Of a DNA stretch of 64,000 nucleotides, positions 55,664 to 64,000 are shown piece after piece (positions within the stretch are counted from its first letter, which is position 1; each line of letters begins with the position of its first letter). The notes below the pieces were generated by a model. The model was not told the origin of the DNA and searched no databases. It was given only the letters and a program-made list of their open reading frames with translations. The translations under genes were made by a program, and so were the position numbers. The DNA comes from Octopus vulgaris (Eukaryota), in assembly GCA_951406725.2 (NCBI GenBank), contig OX597823.1, forward strand, positions 69,626,001-69,690,000, read 5' to 3'.

Positions 55664-55861
55664 TAAATATAAAATATTTTTTATACATCCTTCCCTGAAG
55701 ATATTGTCACTTGTTGAAATCAACCAAATTAATTTACTTATTTTAAGTTAATTTTGATTAATTTTTATGCTGCAAGTATTGAATATAAACAATTGTAGGA
55801 CTGGTCTTTTGAATGTTAATAAACTTTAATTAATCTTATCGCCATCATCTCTCTTGTTTTG

Positions 55862-55892
<31 letters not shown>

Positions 55893-55951
55893 ATGTGTGT
55901 ATGTGTGTATTTATATATATATATATGTATATACATATACATACATATATG

Positions 55952-56039
<88 letters not shown>

Positions 56040-56041
<2 letters not shown>

Positions 56042-56188
56042 CAGGAGTGGGTGGACAGACGACCTGACCGATTCCCTATCCGCACGTGTATAATATTAAT
56101 ATTATTATATATGTACGTGCCTCCCTTGTTGGGCATTCATCCAGTCTAATTTTGGATATTTTTATCCCTCCGAGGTTTATAACCTCAA

Positions 56189-56192
<4 letters not shown>
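56040..56192 (+). mobile_element. Short stub related to the terminus of the 11876-12988 element, in (TA)n
   Basis: Reverse complement caatttgag..gggataaaaatatccaa..gaatgcccaacaagg versus 11876 caaattgag..gggataacatatatccaa..gaagtacccaacaagg. Confidence 0.6.
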
Positions 56193-56234
<42 letters not shown>

Positions 56235-56241
56235 TATATAC

Positions 56242-56279
<38 letters not shown>

Positions 56280-56379
56280 CTACATATATATATATATATT
56301 TACATACACATACATATATAGAAGGAGACAGTCAGACAAAAAGAGAGAAGCGTATAGACAGCCAGACAGTGATTGATCA

Positions 56380-56462
<83 letters not shown>

Positions 56463-57775
56463 TCTAAAGTCCTTAAGTCCATCATCTACATTTCTACTAG
56501 ATCTCCATTGTTTCATCCTCAGTATGAAGAGATTTTGAATGTGTTACTGCCTTTTAACTCTTTTACATATTTGTGGGTCGTAATGTTTTTTAATAGTGAG
56601 CTGTAATAATATATTTTTAATAAATCTGTGACAATCTAATAATCAAGGTTATTGAGATATTTCATTACCAAGTTGCAACTTTAATGACTCTAATTGTTAT
56701 TTTAACCATTAAAGTTCTTTGGCAGAATCACCTTGCAGTTGCAACATGCAGAATTTCAACGCTTTACTCCTAACAGTACAAAAATAGAGAGAAAGTATTA
56801 AAGGACAATTCATCTATATCTACATTAAATGTATTTTCTTTTCTTCTTTTTTATTTTGTAAAATGTAAAGTTTAGTGGTAGAGAAAGAGTTAGCTAAAAG
56901 GTAATTGATAGTAGCTAATTATTTCCCCCCCACTAAAGTACGTTTACAATTTTCTGCTAAGGAAAAAGAAAATATATTTAATATCAGTCAGTTATACCCA
57001 GTAAGTGTATCGAGGGTAGTGAGTTACAACTTTAATTTAATAGGTTACAACTTAATTTATACGGTTACAACTTTAATTTGAATGTTATGATTAACACCCA
57101 ACAAGTTGAAAGCACTATGTCCTACCCCATCCAATGGTATAAGTGGTGTTGTTGCTCTTTTTGTCTTTCAGTCGTTATTGTGCAGGTTAAGAACGATTTG
57201 GTGGCTATTTCTAGTAGGTCCAGATTCCACGCAAATGTTTCGAGCGTGCTGGTTTTCATGGCAAAAGAGATCAGCTCAGACGATAAGTCAATAATGGACA
57301 CCGATTAGCTTAAAATTACATAACTTTAGATGTATGTGATTTCTTTATAATTCATTCCTAGAAGAAATGAAAGTGATTTTTATTATCAGCATGTAAAACT
57401 ACATCTAAACTATATCCGTTGAAAATAATCTGGTGAAAATCTGAAAAACTTCAATTGGTTAGAAGATATTTAACAAGATCTGAGATCATACTCTTACAAT
57501 TACAAAAAAAAATAGAAATTAGAGAAAGTTTGTTGTGAAGAGATAAAATACAGCAAAATGTTTGCAATGAGGAGCAGGTTTAAATATGCTTTCAACGCTT
57601 GTGCTTTTTTGAAGAGTAAAAATTAGCCTCTATATTCTTTCTGAATGAAAAAGGACAATTGTTGATTTCGTGTTAATTTATCGATATACAATTGATCAAA
57701 AATTTCGTTCCAAAGTTGTACTTGTCTAGCAACTGTCATAATGAGAGGCCGTGTGCTCCAAGTAGGGTAGTAACC

Positions 57776-57955
57776 TTTCTACTATAGGCACAAGGCCTAA
57801 ACGTTTTTATGTAAGGAGGCTAGACTATGACAACGGCTCCAGTGCTCAAGTGGTACTTACTTTATCGACCTCGAAAGGATTAAAGACAAAACAGACAGCG
57901 AAAGATTTTGAACTTAGAACGTTGAGAGAGACTAAATGTCGCTAACCATTTTGAA
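57776..57955 (-). mobile_element. tRNA-derived SINE, decayed
   Basis: ggcacaaggcct..tggtacttactttatcgacctcgaaaggat. Confidence 0.6.
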
Positions 57956-58139
57956 CGGCTAGCCACAGCCATTTACTAATGTGTTGTTTTCTTTGTCTAA
58001 CCTTTGTAATGAACAAATGCTGTGCTTTTATTCTTGTAGACTAACCTAGATCTCATGACCTTTTAGCATCTGTCGGACATTGTTCGTCAGTTTTAGTACC
58101 CCTATTTTTTGTTTTATTTGTTTAGCTATAATTATTATC

Positions 58140-58915
58140 ATTATTATTTAAGACGTCACACAATATCCAATATCGTGATGTTGTTGATTGATGATATTGT
58201 GTCTACTTGGGGTTTGTAATGCCTGTCAAGTCATAGACAGTACTTTACGCAATGTGTGTGCTGTTCCAAGTAATGCTGATTTTCGCAATACTCCTAGATT
58301 GTAGGGTTTCCAAAGTTTCCAGATGTTTTTTCAGAGTGGGCGATAGTGAGTCCAATGCTTCCATGATAATATGGGCAACGTTTATGTTTGACTCATAGCT
58401 GCCACATCTTGGCAATTTCAATTCTCAGGTCCCTATATTTATCAATCTATTCGCTTTCTTTCATGATAATATGTTGATCTCAGGGCACTGCCTCGTCGAT
58501 TATTAAGCACTCTTCTTTGTCCCTCCCAAAGGTTACCATGTCTGGCCTTCGGTGCTCTAATACATTGTTTGTATGGAAATGAAAGTCCCAGAGGATTTTT
58601 GCCATTCCCTTTTCGTCTATTTTCTTTTCTGGTGTACCAAGCACCCATTACCTCGTATCCATACTTCCAGCATAGTAGCCGGTGAAGGTTTTGGGCTACC
58701 TTGTCGTGTCTGCGCTTGTACACTTTCTGTGCAAGACTTCCACGAGCACTGAAAATGTGAGCCACACAGTCTGCAAAGGTTCGTTGTACTTGTGTGGTAT
58801 ATATATTTTTTTTCACTGAGTTGGTATTCAATGCCTGATCATGGGCAGCGATGATTAGGCGTTCAGTCTTCATTTTTTTATGTCACCCTTGCTGAACCAC
58901 CTCCAATCTTGCATA
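58140..58915 (-). pseudogene. Decayed R4/Dong-clade 3' fragment (same subfamily as 17371-18160)
   Basis: ERLIIAAHDQALNTNSVKKNIY, YKRRHDKVAQNLH; ends in (TAA)n. Confidence 0.85.
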
Positions 58916-59227
58916 TATTATTGTCATCATTCTATGTTCTGTTTGTTTTTTCTTCGTTTCACATTTTTGAAACCTTCGTCTTTCTCTTCGCTATATATAA
59001 AGCATAAGGTTTATTAAATCATTTCTCTTTTGTGATATAAAGTTTAGACGTTAGGTGTATTCTGTGTACATTAAATCTATTTTAAGTGTTATTAAAAAGA
59101 ATTAGAAAAATATAGTATAGACGTATGGAAAACTAAGTATAATATCGACGAATTTATAAGAATCTATCAGTACAAACTTTCGATTGCAATAATACATATT
59201 TAATTATATATTTGCGCATAACCATTA

Positions 59228-59284
<57 letters not shown>

Positions 59285-60739
59285 TATGTATATATATCCA
59301 TACATATCGCCATGTAATTTCCCTTTATGCTATTCATCATAGCTGTAGTAATTTTTATCAGTATTTGAAAATGGTACCGCTGGTTTTACTGAACAAAATG
59401 AAAATTATTTCAAAAGTAAATTCTTAAGGTCCCACATTACAGGCATGTATGTGATGTGTGTATATGTGTGTGCACGTGCGAGTGTGTGTGTGTGTGTGTG
59501 TGTCTGTGTCTGTGTGTGGTGTCTATATATATTTGTTGTCTAAAATCACATTTTTAGGTTGTAAATGTAAATATGGCATTCGCCCTACTAAATTGCATTA
59601 GTTACTTATTTTCACATTTTAATAAAAAGAAAATAATTTTTGTAAAACGTAACAGTGTAATATATATTTTTTGATGAATCATTTTAATATTTAATATAAT
59701 TCCATTAACTATTAATTCGATCAATCTTTTGTTCTTGATAAATTCGTACCCTATAAATTCGTTTGATTGTTCGCATACGCGAGATTTTATTCCTCACAGT
59801 AAACGAACACACTGAAATTTGTTTTCTATCATCTTGCACGAATAAACATTTTCAAGACTGTAAGATTAGATTTGAGGAATTTTTGGTTGCTATTTCTACC
59901 AGGTCATGTGACGAGAAAAGAGGCTCCCGCGGGCCTTGGATATTATAATTGCATACGTTTTATCGCATACAATTTCAGTTCATATATCTTCTGACACATA
60001 AAGGGAATTGAAATTTATTTCCACAAGACCACTAAAGAGAGTCTGCTATATATATGAGATGCGCAATGTGCAGACAACTAAGAAATCTTTTCTAAAGGAA
60101 ATAATTGAAATCTTCAAACAAATTCTTCTGCTCTGTTTCGTCTGCTGGCAAATCGAAAGATTTCAAACTTTGAATAGACACTAGTTGCCTTTGTTTTATT
60201 TTATTGTTTTCTTTTCTGCTCTCTTCTTGTAATTTGAAACATTTAAAGCCATGATTATGGACTATATAACGGTTAGGTTTTCTTAGAAGCAGAGATATCG
60301 CTACGATATATCTTACTTTTATTTCTGTAGTCTTAGTTTTATTGCGTGTTTTTACTGCACAACTAAGTGCAGCACTGTATACTTTTGGTACGAGTAGTGT
60401 TTTGCATTGTTGTTAGTTTTATATTGTATTGAAATTATTCTCATATGTGAGCAGTGCATATAGTAATATTTTCTCCATGTTCCGTGTATGAATACATCGA
60501 ACCGAAGGTCTACTCTATATTCACAGAAGATCTAACCACACAGTTACTACTATAAGAAATCCATTCAGCATTAAAACCAAGGGAATATTCAATATTCACT
60601 AAAAAAAATACATTTAATTGAGTTCCGTATTACTTGAATGATACACGATGAAAAAAGTAAAGCTGAGAAAAGAGAAACATTTCGTTCAAGCCACTCTTTA
60701 GCAGAAACAAAATAAGTTTGTTTAAGAGCCTTTTAGATC

Positions 60740-61125
60740 AAATGTAGTTATTTCTTTTGCTTTTTCTGGCAAATTGACCTTTCTTCATCATTATATCTGA
60801 TGTCTTAGTGGACAACATTCCTGACTGATCCTTCTGCCACATAGAAATCTTTTGCGATTGACCTCATGGACTTTCTGGGATTGTAATCAATGGTCTGTTG
60901 AGCTTGATAGAGTGTTTAGAATGCTTTTTATACTTTGATACTGGTGATATGTTTCCATCTTCAGTCTCCAGCTCCTTCCAAACTTTGTAGACGAAAGATC
61001 TGGCAACTTTTAAAAATGGAGATATTTCTAAATCACTTTGCTCAGTGTTTGTAACCACAATAACAGCATATATCTTCATTTGTTGAGTAAGCTGAGTGTC
61101 TGCCATTATTATTTTCTGAAACAAA
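60740..61125 (-). pseudogene. Tc1/mariner-like transposase N-terminal (HTH) relic
   Basis: SDLEISPFLKVARSFVYKVWKEL helix-turn-helix-like segment followed by decayed sequence. Confidence 0.5.
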
Positions 61126-64000
61126 GATTATACAGAGTTTATAAAGAATGCAGCAATCACCCCAAAAATGTATGTCCTCAAATACCTTATGCACTCTGTA
61201 TATATGTATATATACACTCATGCGCATCATATTTCTACAATGGTTCTACTAACCGAATTGCTATAACAAGGCATTGGGCATCAAAAATGTAGAGAAGACC
61301 CTTGCCCCAAATGCCTCACAGTTGTCTTGAAACCGATTAGATCTTCGTAGCTGCGAAGCAAACTACTCCACCACTCAAACATACCTCTGTATGTCTGTAC
61401 ATATATATTGCTGTGTATGCGCATGTAATAGCTCGCCATTACATAATCTTTAAATTATTGTTTCTCTTATTCTGTCTATATCTTGCCTCCGCCGCCATTA
61501 TATCTATGTTTTCGCTCTAATGGCAGAAATTTTATTTAATTTTGCTCTGTACATTTTAATGTCAGAACGTTCCACGATCTCGTAGGATTTGCGTAAAAAA
61601 AAATTCTGTAACATATTGTGATAAAAACTAACGAAAATAATGTAAAACATCATCGTATATGAAGAAAAAAACGGAAACAAACAGGAAAATATAATATATC
61701 AAATAAAAACTTGAAAAAGTTTTGGTTTTGGTTTTTATTCTGAAAATTGTGATAGTGATGTCACAGGAAAGTGTGAAAGAATGATGAAGAGGCTGAGTGT
61801 GTAAGTGTAAGATGATGGAGTAAGCATTAAAGATCAATGAATGAATGTATTTAAAGAGTAATGTATGATTATGTGAGTATATGCATGTGTGTGTATGTTA
61901 ATGCGTATGTGGTGCGTAAGCTTGCGAGGAAAAGACAAAAAGATAAATAGAACACCTGAGAGAGAGTGAGAGAGGGAGAGGAGAGAAAACAGAAAGGGAA
62001 TATGCACCTGCATATACATGTGTCTGAGACAGAGAGAGGAAGTGCCAATGTGCATGTGTGTACATGTGTGTACATGTGTATGAGCGAGTGTGGTTATATG
62101 TTTATAATTTTAAGAATGTGAAGTTTGTGAGTGTGTGCAAGGGATTCTAAGAAAAACAGTCGGAGGGAAATATAGAAAAATTCAAAAAGGAAAAAGTGAA
62201 CGTGTGTGAGTGCGTATTTATTTGTGAATGAATGAGTGAAAGAGAACGTATGTTTGTGAGTTTGTTTGCGAGCGTATATGTGCAATTATGTATGATTTTG
62301 TTTATGTGTAAAAGGAAGAGGATGAAGTGATAAGGAAGAGAGAGACACAGACAAAGAGAGAGAGGGAGGCACAAAAAAATACTATGAATATGAATGATGC
62401 GATCGTGTTTCTGTCATGCGGAAAATGAGAAAAAGGGAGAAGAAAGGGAATGGAAAGGATATATGTTTGTGTGACAGAAAGTGAAAAGAAAAGAACCGCT
62501 TCAGGGAGAGAATTTACCGGAGAAAATGATTTAAGTGAGGAAATATATGTGAAAGAAATAGAGCGAGGAAGAGGAATAAATTCAGAAGGACATAGGTGTA
62601 AGAGAGAGTCGTGGGATGTGAGGTTAGAAGTGACATGCCAGTGAGAATAAATAAAATGCATGGTGGAGAAAAGACAGCGAAATGCGTAGATAGACTATCT
62701 AACGTAGAAAAAGAAAGATTGGTATGATCATGGTGATGATGTTTAGCCCTGGGTACATCAGCCTTCATTGAACAGACGCTTGTTATCAAAGCCATTCTCT
62801 GTTTGTCTATCGTGCATATAAATTATATTTTTAGCAATACTTTTTCTAATCTGCCAGTTTTTTTGTAAGACGAATAAATATCTATGATTTGATGGAATTT
62901 GGTTACTGTTTGTGGCATTTCGAGTAACAGCATAGAGCATAAAGACAATCGAAAATGTTAATGCAATGAAGCAAGTTTCACTATTATGTTTTCAAAAACC
63001 TTAAGTATGGAACGAATTCTACAGCACAATCGTAACTTTGACATAATAAAATAATGTTATGGAAATGGAAATGGAAATCTATAAATTATTCCTCAAAATA
63101 GAAGTAAATCCAAATTTAAAATTGTGGAACTTTTACAGATCAAGCTAAGGCTTATCAAAACGAGGAAAAGGGAAGTGAAAAGCAAACAAGAATTATAAGG
63201 GATTAAGGGTTAACTGAATGTTTTAGTCGTTATAACACACTGTTATTCAACAACTGCAGGAAAGATATGAATAGAGAAAGATATTAACAGAGGGCAAACG
63301 TTTTAAGAAGAAATGTTTAGACATAGCAATTAATGAGGGGCCTAAGTGATAGGGTGCTCCATAGGTGATGGATACAAGAGAAACGAGTGGGACAGAAGTG
63401 CTTGAGTCGCAAGAGTCCAACCAGATTCAAGGAGAAAAGACCATTTTATTAAGACCATTTTAGTGACCTGATGCCAATCAGTCGGACGCCCCTTCTCTGG
63501 ATGCGGATTAGGATGTTGGAGTATGCAGAATAGCTTCATTTTGAATTGACCTCAGATTTGAATTTCTGAAATGATTTGGGTGATGAGAACAATGTCATAT
63601 TACAAGTATTTTGATTCTTTTCCAATAGAACAATATTATTTTAAATGCTACATTCTTCTTGTCTATGAGTAAGTTTTATCAAAGGTATTTTATATGATCA
63701 TAAGAACATAAAACCAAATTTATATCCACTCATAAACACATACCCACACACACATACGCGTACACATATGGTGATGTTTGTTCTACTGTTTTGTTTTCTG
63801 TAGGTATTAGTTGTTTTAATGCCCAATTAACATCGCTTCTTGGTCCTTTGATGCCTTAATAGATTTCACGCTGTTGCAAGCATTTGAGTCAGGTCACTGG
63901 ACTTAGAATAACATCCTGTTGTTTACCCACAGGTCCCAGGAACTCTGAAAAAGAGACGTGTGTCAATAGACACTCATCAATTCCACAATATTGAACGAGA

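Overview
Eukaryotic, AT-rich, microsatellite-saturated DNA. The repeat families resemble those I recall from Octopus genomes, which is an inference rather than a database result. I found no confident host exon, and almost all track ORFs are (TA)n/(CA)n/(TAA)n/(GATA)n artefacts. The real coding content is retrotransposon-derived: a near full-length, frameshifted Tx1/L1-clade LINE (50020-55311, minus), an internally deleted related Tx1 piece in (GATA)n, three R4/Dong-type RLE fragments in (TAA)n, decayed RTE and CR1/L2-like LINEs, DNA-transposon relics, and many tRNA-derived SINEs. The standout signal is self-cleaving RNA. The full-length Tx1 sits, with a TSD, inside a ~353-bp circularly permuted unit carrying a type I hammerhead ribozyme (a non-LTR retrozyme-like element). 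It is co-oriented with the ribozyme and lies exactly at its 5' boundary. At least 6-7 more minimal, variant or decayed hammerheads occur in Penelope-like stubs nested in (TA)n or (AAT)n, and one follows a tRNA-like SINE head.
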